Source: Iphione sp. A-MEVVRFRX5 (Eukaryota). Taken from it: DNA of 33,000 bases. The stretch is from contig OZ320316.1 in assembly GCA_976226885.1 (NCBI GenBank), positions 88,784,001 to 88,817,000 on the forward strand, read 5' to 3'. Positions 9,723-22,000 of this stretch are shown here, piece by piece. The stretch's first letter is position 1, and the number at the start of each line of letters is the position of its first letter. The notes under the pieces were generated by a model. It had not been told where the DNA came from. It searched no databases and worked only from the letters and a program-made list of their open reading frames with translations. A program made the translations under genes and the position numbers.

Positions 9723-12700
9723 GTAATTCGCATCTCTAGTGGTTTTAATAGGTGGTTATCATCAATTCTCAATAATTTCTTCTATTTGTCTGGTCAGAGT
9801 ATGTGACGTTCGTTTAATTTCTGGAGCTTTATGGTGAATATTGCTACCGAAGGTTTTTAGTTTCCTCAAAATGAATAAGAATAACAATTTAGATCTAAGT
9901 CCGAATCTACTACACGTATAACATGAAGAGGTTTGTCAATATATGTCATTTATCCAAAGAACAACGTTCTCTCGTCAAGCATATAAGGTCAGGTAGCATT
10001 TAACTAGGCCAGCTAATTCGGTTATGTAAAATGAAAATTTCTAACAGTATCAATAAATGGTATTTTTTCGCACAGAAAGCAAATGTTAAATATCTTTTCG
10101 GCACAAGGGTCAAACAGCCTTCGAAGGAGTGTTTTCTTATACATGTGCATATACATGGCAGTGTGACACTAGTAAAATGGAGTTCCATTCCGCTTGTAAA
10201 CTATCCAGTCAATAGCTCATTTGTTACATATGTGTTTGGCAAAAGTGTCGCCTGTTGTTATTACTTCAAACTTGAAAGAGTTTATTCACGTTTCACAGTT
10301 ACATTAAATGCAACGTAGAACTCTTCCGGTGAACTTTGAAAATGAAAATAGCCTCATTTAGAAGAGGCTAAGGTGAAAAAGATTCGACTGGAGTTTAACA
10401 ATGATTGTCTAAACGAATTTGTTTGTTCTATGTATGTTACTAAGACCAGTGTACTGCAGACGGTGTCAAACTTTATCCCTTAATCCTTTTGGGTTTTTTT
10501 CAGTTTGCAGTTTTGAGTCGAAAGGGTCGCTGATGAACTAGTGAACTACATGTCGATATAATCCTGCATATTGTAATAATTCATCGCAAAAATTAGGATT
10601 TCTGAATATATGAATATATGTTGCTTTGCACAAATGCGCGCATTCAATTGCACATTAGTTCATCCTCTCATAGAGTAGACAAACGAAACATTTCGGCGGT
10701 ATATTTCTCTATCAGAATACATTTCTTGTTCGCCTGCTCGTAACCGCAAAACTTTGATTGCAGTCGGTGTCTTCTAATCTAAAGGGGAAAAATGTAGAAA
10801 TAGCCGGGATGTCCTATCGCCACTGCCATGTCTGTCTGCGTCTTCAATCACCCCCTATTGATTATGGGAATATCCACAAGGTGGCGAATAAGGAGGAATC
10901 CAATAGACGTGCACAACCTCATCGGATTAGGCTGGTGCTCACAGGGCACACGCATGTACAACGAGGAAGCAGTGGTCCGCTCGATTGATATGCTGCATTA
11001 GATTTATCATTCTAGGCCACCCAGGTCGAAACGATTTGTTTGCTACTGCATGAATTGCGCCAAGCGGCCAGAAAGTGTAGCGGCCACAGATAAAGTGAGT
11101 CACAGCCAGCGTGTCAAGGCAATGGGTGCGTCTCCAGGGAGGTTGTCACTGTAGAGCTGTTAACAGGGGTCGCGTGTTGGGAAGGTAACGAGAGCAACGG
11201 AAGAGAACCATGTTTTCACACCACTTTAAAGGAAAACATTGCATTGGACCCATTGTCTTGCGCTCACGTTCGCGGTGGGAACATTTCGGTAATTATGCTC
11301 ACCCAAATGACAGTGGTCAGCATCTATGAGCTTCCAAGAGCTCCAAAGCGGATGAATTCAAATCACTGATGGTGGTCACAGAGAAACATGTAACCTACTT
11401 TAAAATGATATTGTACCGCGGTAATCCGTGTTGGTGCTTAAAGGAGAGAATGATCTGCATTAGTAGGAGAGCCACAGCAATTCATGTTTATTACAAGACT
11501 ACAACTATTACCTATATGTTAGGTGTATAACCAATACTTACAAACAATACCTCCAGTCACCTCCAATGCACAATATACATACACATCTATTAGTATAAGA
11601 CTTGTTAGAGCACTCAAAGCCCAATACAGTTTCAAGTAAAGAAATGCATCTACAAAACTAACAAACAAAACAAATATCGACGTAATGTAGTCTTAACTGT
11701 AGGTCTTTAAAAAACGACATGAATAAGCGCGATTGATTTAAGCCTAAATTTTAGGAGAAAGATCTCTGCAGATGATGCTTTAAATATGAATGAAATGCAC
11801 GATTTGTAGTTGGCTTTTAAAGAAAATATATGCATACAATGTTGATGCCTCGAGAGTTTGGCCAAGCGACTAAGCAGTCGTAAGTGTACAATATTCAGGT
11901 GAGCCTGCTCTAGATGTGTTTCATTTATTTTGTAAATATATGTCATATTTACGTTTCTCACACTCTTTCATAAGTACGGTATACACAATCATATGATAAT
12001 ACGTTTTGTCAGTTATGAAATATTAGTAAAGATAAAGCAAACGTGTTAGGATCGTATCATAAATTTCAATTCCCACAGCTGCATTCTATCATTTATGGTG
12101 ACTATTCCACAAAGAAGACTAGCAAGAACTCATTTTAGGAATGCGTAATTTCTACCATACCTGCGAAACGCTCAAATTAGAAAAGTTTTCGTTGAGTGTC
12201 CAAGTGCAGTACGATACGCTTTGGGAAGCTATCTCAAGAGCCTGCATCCAATAAGAGACCATTTCAAATGGGACACTATGGGGAAATGCTTTCTGAATAT
12301 TATATAGTTTTCTCACAGGGACATACCTCAGTTACTGAGAGATGCACAGTATGAAACAAGTTAAAACCAGTTCTAATTATCACCGTTTAAACCCTGTGAT
12401 CTATCTCCAAATGTGATCATTTTCAGTACTGCCAGTCAGCAACGATAGGGAGACACAGGGCAACGCAAAGCACGTCACCTGCCCCCTGACCTGACAAAAC
12501 CACTAAACGTTCAACAGTTTCTGTATATGCCATCTATATTGATTGTACACATATGTGTTTCACTAGCAATGTCTATACCCTGGTAGACGGCCGAAATCTG
12601 TTGGCCCCATCTGCAGCGATGTATGTCGGTTTTTATCTATGTATTTTGCCAACCTCAGAACAAAAATACTCCTTATCCACCGAACTAGCATTTTATATCT

Positions 12701-13126
12701 ATTGATGGCGCTCTTCTGTGTGAACCGGAACAGAATAAAGGTTTCCTCTGACTGTTTTATGTATACGTGTATGTGGCAGCATTGTTAGAAAGGTGACAGA
12801 CTTTTTGTAAAAACAATAAACCTTGCACTGATTACTAAGGTCTGGTGTCTTGTAAAAGAGTCTCGAAATGTTGAGATAAGGAGAAATAATGGAGGACTGT
12901 TGTTACATGAATAGAAATAACTCCAAGTATGAGGACATATATTTTATATACATGTACATGAGTTCAGAGAAAAAAAAATTATATGGAAATTTAAATCTCC
13001 TATAGGCAAAGGGCAGAGTCTTACAAGAAATAGCTGTGTATATGGATAAGTGAATGTCGCTAACTATTAACCATCAAATGTCACACACAATTCCAGCCTG
13101 CAGTAACTATCACCAGAGTAACTGTC

Positions 13127-13142
13127 ATATATATATATATAT
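13127..13142. repeat. (AT)8 microsatellite
   Basis: Directly visible. Confidence 0.92.
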
Positions 13143-13274
13143 GCATAAGTTTTAAATCTGTAGACCGAACCAGACAATGGTAATTTGGAATACTACTTAA
13201 TAGTCGGTAAAGAATCGTGCTACGCTACAATTTATTTACCCAGAGATTAATTAACCACGAGTGCTTACTTTCAG

Positions 13275-13572
13275 TCTGAATACAGTATTGTGCAGAGGCG
13301 GAAGCACACCTCTAAAAAGCATGCTTTGAAGTCTCATCCTTCACACGCGCGACCAAAGACAGACGAAGAACATGGCTCAATTTGTTTCCGAACTCGCAAC
13401 GTTTTATCCGCCGCCTTTTGGTTCGCTTCGCGACAGTCAGTCTCATCAAGCCCACATCCGGAGCGTCGATGAACGCCCATGTCCGGTGCTGGCGGCAGCT
13501 GTGATCCCTGAACGTCGCCGACGATACAATATCCGCCGTACGGCGGGAGGGAGGAGCCGATGGGCTGGACAG
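13275..13572 (+). other. Candidate exon (possibly UTR) with a GC-type donor
   Basis: Acceptor TGCTTACTTTCAG|, CpG-rich body, and CAG|GCAAGT at 13572/13573. No frame is open across the whole length. Confidence 0.18.
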
Positions 13573-16455
13573 GCAAGTGGCCTTGGATGACCGACTCCCC
13601 TTAAGGTGTCAAGCATTGACCCCTCGGACTCGATTCATCGTTTAATTTTCAGCTCAATGATCCATTTGAATGCTACTCTGTGAAACACCACACCAGAATA
13701 AAGGTTATTAACATAATCGTAAAACAATAGTCCCTGTGGTAGGTAATATTTACATCTAATGCAACATTTTAGCTCCCATTATGTGGATCAATCTGTTTAT
13801 AAAAATCTGAAGTCCCTAGCAAAACCTCAAGGTCGAACCGATGATTGGTGTGGCACGGTAAGGATTCTAGCCCGTGTATTTCTCCAGGTAAGCGATTATA
13901 GAATATTGTGGGTTTTAAGCGCCTGAAGAGACTTTGTGAATCATGAAGCCGTAATACGCCTCTAGACGATTGGGCGCAGCCATCGGGGAAATCAGTCGCG
14001 AGAGGCTGTGACCAAAACACCTCCCTGGGAGAATGTGGGCAGCCTGAAAACCGCGCGCCCTAGCGCCGATTCCCCGCCGGAACAGTGACAGACCAGCTTG
14101 TGTTAATGGCTTCAATCACACCACGTAGAGCCATCTCGACGGGCCCACTACAGGTCCCATCAGGATATTAAAGGGTGGTATCCATTTCTGGATTAAACCT
14201 AAATAATGACTTAGCAGCCACTTGGGACGCTTGAACCTGTACTAAACAAATATATCCCTGTTTAAAGTACCTGCAATCAACCAAAAAAGTAATCAACCAA
14301 CCAAAACATATGTTCATTAACCCGAACAGTGATCCACTTATTCCCCTTTGGAGCAGGCTAGAAGCTCTGTGTAGAGGATAGCAGGTAGAACCGTCCAAAA
14401 CTAGCATGCTATCGATAGTAATGATGGATATTTGCCCGAAGTCAAAATTTGTCGGTTCAGATGGTGGTCAGTCAGTGACTATTCCCCGCGTTGTCGCCCC
14501 TCCAAACCATATCCGGTCAGCAGGACCTGATTGACGTGTCCGTCCCGCCGTCTTTGAGTGGCGCGGCCGCGTGAAAACCAGGAGGCGGATGGTGTCTTCC
14601 TGTCACCGGTAAATAACCAGTGTGGCGACCTCCACATGGCATGACTGAATGCATTAGTGAGCTGGTGCGAGTGTCTCCCCATTGTATGAGTAGGAGGATT
14701 AATGCACACCTAAGGCCAGGCTGGTGCCCAGTGAGCGGGTGTCATGGGGCATGACCCTTCGGCACTCTCTAATCTCCATCTGAAGACCGGGCTTCGACCT
14801 GATGCCGTTATTGCATGAGTTGCTCGCATACTTGGACATGTGGCGTTATGGCTCGCTCGAGCTCACCAAACACGCCGGAAACTGGTATCTAGGCACAGAC
14901 CAGTCGGGAACGATCATATTCCATGTCCCAATACACTCGGTCGGAGCCATCAAAAGCCTGTGTTGGGCGCTCGGAATGCCCCTTGTCTTTCATGTCCGAT
15001 AGGTACCACAGTAGCATGTACCACGGCTCATGTAGGGCTTTGATATATTTAACGCGATGCATTACTGTGACCAATGACAGCGGGCACGGCCACTTGGTTG
15101 AGTGCTCGCCCGCACCTCCAGACAGCTGTAAAGGATGATCTTCCTCCATATTTATTATTTATTCTTAACCAGTTAATTATATCTCACTAAGAACCTTGTC
15201 TATATTCAGTTTTAGCCCCTTCTTTTTTTTCAGAAAAAACAAGTCAAAGACTTCAAAATGATGAAAATAATAAAAGGGGCCTTATCAAAAACACCGAACT
15301 ATAAAGTGGTAAAAATCTTTATTCAATAATAGATATTTCTGTCTCTATATTGATGTTATATAACAACATTATTCTTCTCCACTGTTATCTATATCTGACC
15401 TATCTGCAGTATCCTTTATCCTATTTATCCCATCCCTAATGATATTTCCTCCCCAAATCGACCTGTTCAGAATCCATTAACTTCATTCCATCCGAGTCTT
15501 TCTGTATATATTCGATCCATTCCTTGCTCAGGCCTCTTAAGGGCTTCGTCTATCCTCACTCACCTTCCCCGGATTCTCGTATCGGTCCTTTCAGTTTACT
15601 AATCTTTCAATAACCATTAAGTCAATCCTTTTATATCTTTAAAAGCAAGTGTAATTAACAGTCTGCATGAGCTATAATTTCTATTTAACGTTTCCCTTAT
15701 AAAAACATGTAGGAAAACCATACATGATGCATATATTAAAGATTTCATATTTTCATGAAGTAAAAGAAACACAAATCATGAAAATCACGTATCTTGATTG
15801 CTGATAGGTTGGATTCGTTTAAATTTATATTCCATACGTTCGCCAAAAGTTATCATATGTGTAGCAAATCCAGTGTTATATCTTGATGTCACGGCACGAA
15901 CTCTGTCATTAAGTGTTCTCTGCACATTATGACAGTGTGTTACAGCCAGTGGCTGATTGATATTGATGTGGTGAAGCTAAAGTAAGTAATTTATTTTATG
16001 AGAATGAATATGAGAAGTAATACTTTGCTTTCATCGACAGAGTACCAATGAATCGGTGGAATCGGTCATTTCAAACATGCTGTTTTTTTTATTCAAGGAT
16101 ACTTAAAAACTTGCATACAGCATTCATAGATGGAAGACACTGTATTGTGTGACCTAAAATGCGCCATGGGTGGGCATTTTCACATTCGAAAATTGCATGC
16201 AGATTTTATTCTTCATCATGGAAATAGTTGACGAGAGTTGATTACGGGAGTTTCAAGTTACAAACAAAATGCCAAAGCAAAAATTTCTGGATGAATTTCA
16301 CGACAGGCTGTAAATGATTTTCGAACACGCTTCTTCAAGATAGTTCCAATATTTATTGTTTGTAAGTAGTTTGTGTTCTTAGATCCATTGATCTGTTTTA
16401 CTTCGATATGACATTTTTTGAAAATTTGAATTAATCACACAAATATATAGGGTTA

Positions 16456-16781
16456 GGCCTAAAAAAATCTGCGTTTCTGGTAACTTGCTGAAAATATAAC
16501 AGACTGGTCGGTAGCTGTTTTTTATTTGTCTTCTTTTTTTAATATTAAAGCATCCTAAAGATAACAAATGTATATGGCAATGTCAATAATATTGCTTAGA
16601 TCTTAATGAAACTTACACCAATTAAAAGCCAGTAATCTAAGGAATTTGGTGAATAGTACATGTTCCTATCATTATTCACTTCAGAGATATTCAAAAAGCA
16701 ATAATAAAATAACAAATTCCATCGGGACCCAAATAAGGGTCGGTCAGGTTATTAGAAACACAGAACCTTTTTTAGCAGGCC
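16456..16781. mobile_element. PIF/Harbinger (Tourist-like) MITE, 326 bp
   Basis: Identical 3-bp TTA flanks (16453-55, 16782-84). TIRs: GGCCTAAAAAAATCTGCGTTTCTGGTAAC vs reverse complement GGCCTGCTAAAAAAGGTTCTGTGTTTCTAATAAC. AT-rich non-coding interior. TWA duplications and G-starting TIRs are characteristic of this superfamily. Confidence 0.75.
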
Positions 16782-18599
16782 TTACCTTGATCATATTTAA
16801 TATTGCAACTCGTGTGCATTCCTAGATTTCCTACTTATTGTTAATATCCTGATTTACCCTATGCAAGAAAATGCAAACTAACTACATTTCTACAAATAAG
16901 TATGTCATAAAATATGTGAAGTGACACGAAAAGCCTTTGACATAATCCTATACCATAAAACTATACACTTAGTTTGTAAAGATCTCCGTCAGGGTAAAAA
17001 CAGTTCTGGATTCACATTTGTTTAGCGGAATGATACTCAGTGGACGACCCTCCTTTCCGTGCCAAATATGTTCACATTGTCTTCGCCGAGTGATCAGTTA
17101 CAGCATTTGTTTTCAGCTCTTTCCGGTTTGCAGTTGAGCTCTGTCGGTAGTAGAAATCTATATAATGCCATTCACTGTATTGAGGTAATACAATTTGATG
17201 CTTCTTGGGCCTTTGTTCACGAATACATTTGCCTCCTCTGGATCCATGGATATCTATATGTATATATATCGCTCGACAAAACGGCCTTCTGCACTGCGGA
17301 CTCACGCACAAACCCGTCTGATATTTTTCAGATCTTCGGGTTCTGTGTGGCCACCTGCAGTCATCCGCAGGCTCCTCTCCAGTATCCTCCATTCCCATCA
17401 GGAGCAAGAGGTCTGAGGGGTAGAATTCCATGGAGAAAGTTCTAAAAACAAACGTCCGGTCACCAATTTTAACAAGGTGTCAGATGGCCCCTCCCGTTGT
17501 GAAATGGGAGCACAGTACTTCTATTAAAAAGAAGTGATGAAAATATTGCTGACAATATGAAAGTAAAAAAAACTAGAACAATCGGGTACCATTTCATAAC
17601 CCTTCACAAGAATACCAGTACACTAATTCAAAATAAAATTAAGGCTGAATTTCTATGCACCTTTGTCTCCATCTTGCATGTCCCTGTCTCTTTTGGGAAA
17701 ATTGGACAAGAGCAGGAGTGTGTCTATGTACCCATGTGCAATGTAGCATGTTTTGTGTCTCCATGTATTATGCTGTTGGAATGAGACATGTCCTATTTTC
17801 CATCCTTATCTATGTTTCCTTGGGATGGAACGTTCCATTTTTCAAAGACATGTTTCTGTATTCATTTATATGTTTTGGAAACTAAAGTTAATACAAAGGG
17901 AGTTACAAGTGTCCATGTTAGTTCCATGGTTATTTCAGCAGTTTGGGCAATTAACATACCACAAACTTTTCATGGCACTCCATTATGCTCCATTACACTA
18001 AAGCACACTACATTGAGACACGGGTGCGTAGAAATTCAGGCTAATATCTGTATTAGTCTGTTGTGGTATTTATCTGTAGAGATTGATAATTACAATACAT
18101 AACTCCCCGATTCATATACCACAATTAGTATGGGTTTATGTGAAAGATTATCCATCACAATTCATGTGCATTTGGGACTTGAAACTTGCATACTCCAAAT
18201 AAGAATAAACTTAGATTCCAAATAGTTACTGAGTTAAAGAATATTCCATGGTTAACATCCCAACATTTCTAGATTTTAAAATTTCTCAATCTGAAGTCAT
18301 ATTCTGCTTGAGTAAATACAATAATTTATGAACTCAAAATCTTTAATGCTTGGACTGGTTGTACATTTTATACTCAACTTGCTTCTTCAACAACTTCAGC
18401 TGACCACTCACACCTTTACACCTAGTTGAAGGGTGGACATAGGTATGCATGTACCCAAGACATCACTTAAATTACTTCAGTCAGCCACATTTACTGTGAT
18501 AATCCTTTGATGGGTGCAGGATTCATGGTGGTCTGGGAGGGAGGTGCACACATACCATAAAAAGCATAGTGATAGGCCTTATTCCGTACCTACATTGGT

Positions 18600-19095
18600 G
18601 TCCATGAGGCTGCGTGAGGTCTCCATAGATGTGTTGGTATGTGTTTTTGGTCTACCGCAGCCTCCCACAGCCTCATGCACACGGTTGTCTTTTGGGCCTG
18701 CATTGAGCCCGCATTAATGCTGAGAAAAAGTACTAAAAACTAAATTTGCCAGAAAAAAGTGCAAAAACAGTGAATTTGTGCAGATATGTGTGGAAATGTG
18801 CAGAAAACGTGACAGAGAAGTGAGGAAAAGTGAGGAAATATCAGGAAATATAAGGAAATGTTCCTGTTGCAATGGATATACATGTACAATGTATCCTATA
18901 TCCTATTGTGCATTGGTGTGCTTGTGTGTGAAATTATCGAACAGTGTCTGATAATGAACAATGGATTCATAACACACACCAACATATATGCATGCATGGA
19001 ACAGTCTACAATAAAATCAACATGCTCATAAAAAATGCACCACAACACACTAAAAATGCACCCTAATGCACATGGACACCAATGCAGAGAGAGGG
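18600..19095 (+). repeat. Low-complexity dispersed repeat, copy 2 (related to 3795-4310)
   Basis: TATCCTATATCCTA (18892-18905) matches 4205-4218 at 13/14. Shares GCAGCCTC, GCCTGCATTG, an A-rich block, AAATTAT and AATGCAC repeats. Confidence 0.5.
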
Positions 19096-22000
19096 CACAC
19101 ATACTGTGACACCACACTGTTTGCATGTGGCCTGATGCCAGACATGCAAATATGTGAAACAATGACCATTTGAGTTTAAGTTATGTCTGTGCAAGATCTA
19201 TGATTCGACTTTGCGTTTAGCTCTTGTTGATTGTCTTCCATACAAAGTCTTATAAACCTTTTTACCAAATTAATGTACGTACTATGAACTTGTACCTCTT
19301 TAAACGAAAGACGAGCATACAGTGAATGTAAGAATAACAGCCGTTAAGTAGTATCTTACTTAAGATCAAAATAAAATTTTAAAACTGACGAACTCTAGTA
19401 GATTTAAATGACTAGAAATCCAGTTAACTGACACTAGTAACCTTTAGATAAACATTTCATATAGATATCGTTTACCAACAACAGAGAAAATTAAAGGAAA
19501 TGTATTTTGTAAAGCACGTATTCAACTACTGCTATTGTGAGGAATGTCATCATGCTGAAGTCATCATCATTGCCTTTACTCTCAGTTAGAATGTAGTGGG
19601 CAGTTATGATCACTGTATGCTACAATGTGACGCAAAATTCACCTTGTTTTTACATGACCATTTTCTCATGTGCTACTGGAATACAGTTGCGGTTAAAGAT
19701 GACATTGTGTTCCCGAAGCGAATCTCCAGGTTACTTATACATTGCATTATAATTATGAGCTTTGACATCGGATGGAGCCTCTTACCAACGTTGTCAATCA
19801 CACGTTTACAATTTAAATCACAGGTTATGTTGTCGCACGAATCTATGTTTGTATCTAGGAATGTATCATTAATACCGACTTTAAAACAATTACAATACTA
19901 TCTAGAAGAATTGATAGCATCGTGCCCTTAACATAACCATTGTGTTGCTTTTTAAAAATGAAGCCCCCGTTAACAACACTTGATTACTGCAGAATATGGT
20001 GCGGAGTACGTGTTACAAGCGAGTGGCTTTCTTTTTTAAACCATCTGTTAACGGCACTCTTCATTGCTCGCATTACTCATCTATATCCGAACGGAAAACT
20101 CCAGTAATCAATAATAGAATGACTGAATAAAATGCAGCTAGAGCTACGAAACATCTTTGACTGCCCGAATATACATGATCTCGAGGGCGACACGTTGTGA
20201 AGTCGACCGTGTGTTTAATGGGCAGCTACCCGAGCAATAAATGCTGCACATTAGGAGGACTTTGGTGAGTAGGGACAGAGGCTCCCTCGAAACGGCTCAT
20301 TATGTACACAGACAAGGGGGTTCTTTATCAGCCGAGCTGCTCAGGTTCCAATCCCATGGGTGTGCGGCTTAGGGGATTAGGCATTCTACCTGTCACTGCC
20401 GTCTTTGATACCAATATGTCGTCGAAGCGTTGGGTTGTCTCTCCTACCGTTTGTCAATGGCATGCACGTGCTGTTGGTTTTGTCGATACCTGGTTTGCAT
20501 GATTTTCCCTTCTGATCAGACGGTTTTGCATTCCGAGTACTTTCGGTTCAGAGCAAGCGCTAACACACCTAGTCGATACTAGATGGCGATACCATGCACT
20601 TTTGACAGTCTGGATTGTACCTTGCGGGCCCTTGTGCAAGGGCAGGGTCACTGATAAAAGGACAATCGCGTGAAAGCGTGGATAAACTGCCAGTCGTGGG
20701 TACGAAAGTGATGAACGGCTGTCTGCCCTATGTAGGCTACATTTGATGGTGTTTAACATTTATTGCACTCATTGCCAAAATATGCGCGATGCCATTCATT
20801 TTGACGTAGCAGTTTCACTTGTGCCAACACTTCGCAAGCTCTTTTACATCTAAGTAGTTACCATTGCTAAAATCGGTCATTGCCATGAGTCTCATATAGA
20901 AAGTGTGTTCTGTCAATTTCAGAACTATAGGTTTTCTTGGGTTCTGGATTTATAATGATCACAATATCGAGACGGATGATCGCAGACAGAAACAAATGTG
21001 TAACACCACAATTCCTAACCCCGCCACTTTCAGCTTGAGGACAATAATATCCTTTAAAAAATAATTTTATGCAGGGGTACGACCCGGTGATGGATGAGCG
21101 TGGCCATGTAATTTTCCAGAATATAACCAATATTAAACCCAAAATTGAATTTAAAATAAAGTGATATATTTAGTAAGTGTGTCCGTCGGTGTTCTCATTG
21201 ATTATCGCATAACATTGTTGATTCCCCTTGTAAACGGTCATGCTACATACTACTATTAACTAGAATTATCTGCTTGGCCTTGTCTCGTATATCTTTATTA
21301 TGAAAACGAAGCTTCTGCTAGTCAACGTTACATGGACGTGTGTTTTAGTTTTGATACTATAGGAAATATAACGGTAGGACGTGGCTCTGCCAAACTGGCG
21401 TCAAAACAACACCCTACGGAATTAAACTTTTTAGTATGCAATCTTCTCATAAATCATTGATCAAAGGGTTGATTTATCTTTTTCAAACAATTCATTTGTT
21501 TGCTATTAGAATAACAAACCATGCGATTACCAGGAATAATGAAAAGATATTTTTTCTGATAAAATTCGTGATCGAGTTTCAGGGCCTTAACGTTTCACTT
21601 TGACCGGAGGCTTTAGTTTGTTTCTGATGGAACACTTTCACAACTTAAGTGCATAAAAACATTAACTTCGAACGTAAATTATTAGGACACAAATTGGAAA
21701 ATGCACTCCCCCTGCCGTCGCTATTGTACAAATTATCATTGTAGATAACAGTTGGCCTTTGATTATTACAGGTATTTTCAAGCGGAAATGATTTCGGTAT
21801 TTAAATCTTGTAATTATTTTCTAGGGCTTTTGGCAATAATTGCAAAATTCGCCGAAAGAAGATGTTGAACTAAAAGAATTAACCTCGCCATGGATATTCC
21901 ATTTTCATCTTTCAATCAGTTTTCAATGGCAATGGACTTTTTGTTGCCCTCCTGTTTAATTTCCCCTCTCCTTCATGTTTTGTGTCTATGTGACGATCAC

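Noticed and set aside
10515-10545. CTGATGA near GAAA (also CTGATGA at ~2510 and on the minus strand at ~5860 and ~8570)
   Set aside because: Spacing and flanking complementarity do not allow a three-way hammerhead junction.
13770-15150. GC-richer block with many overlapping short ORFs as a decayed LINE or LTR element
   Set aside because: No RT, endonuclease, integrase or tyrosine-recombinase motifs in the frames examined, and no termini.
20262-20298. Hammerhead-like TTGGTGAG-AGGGA/TCCCT-CGAAAC
   Set aside because: The core differs from CUGANGA at two positions, and I could not assign stem I/III or an NUH site.
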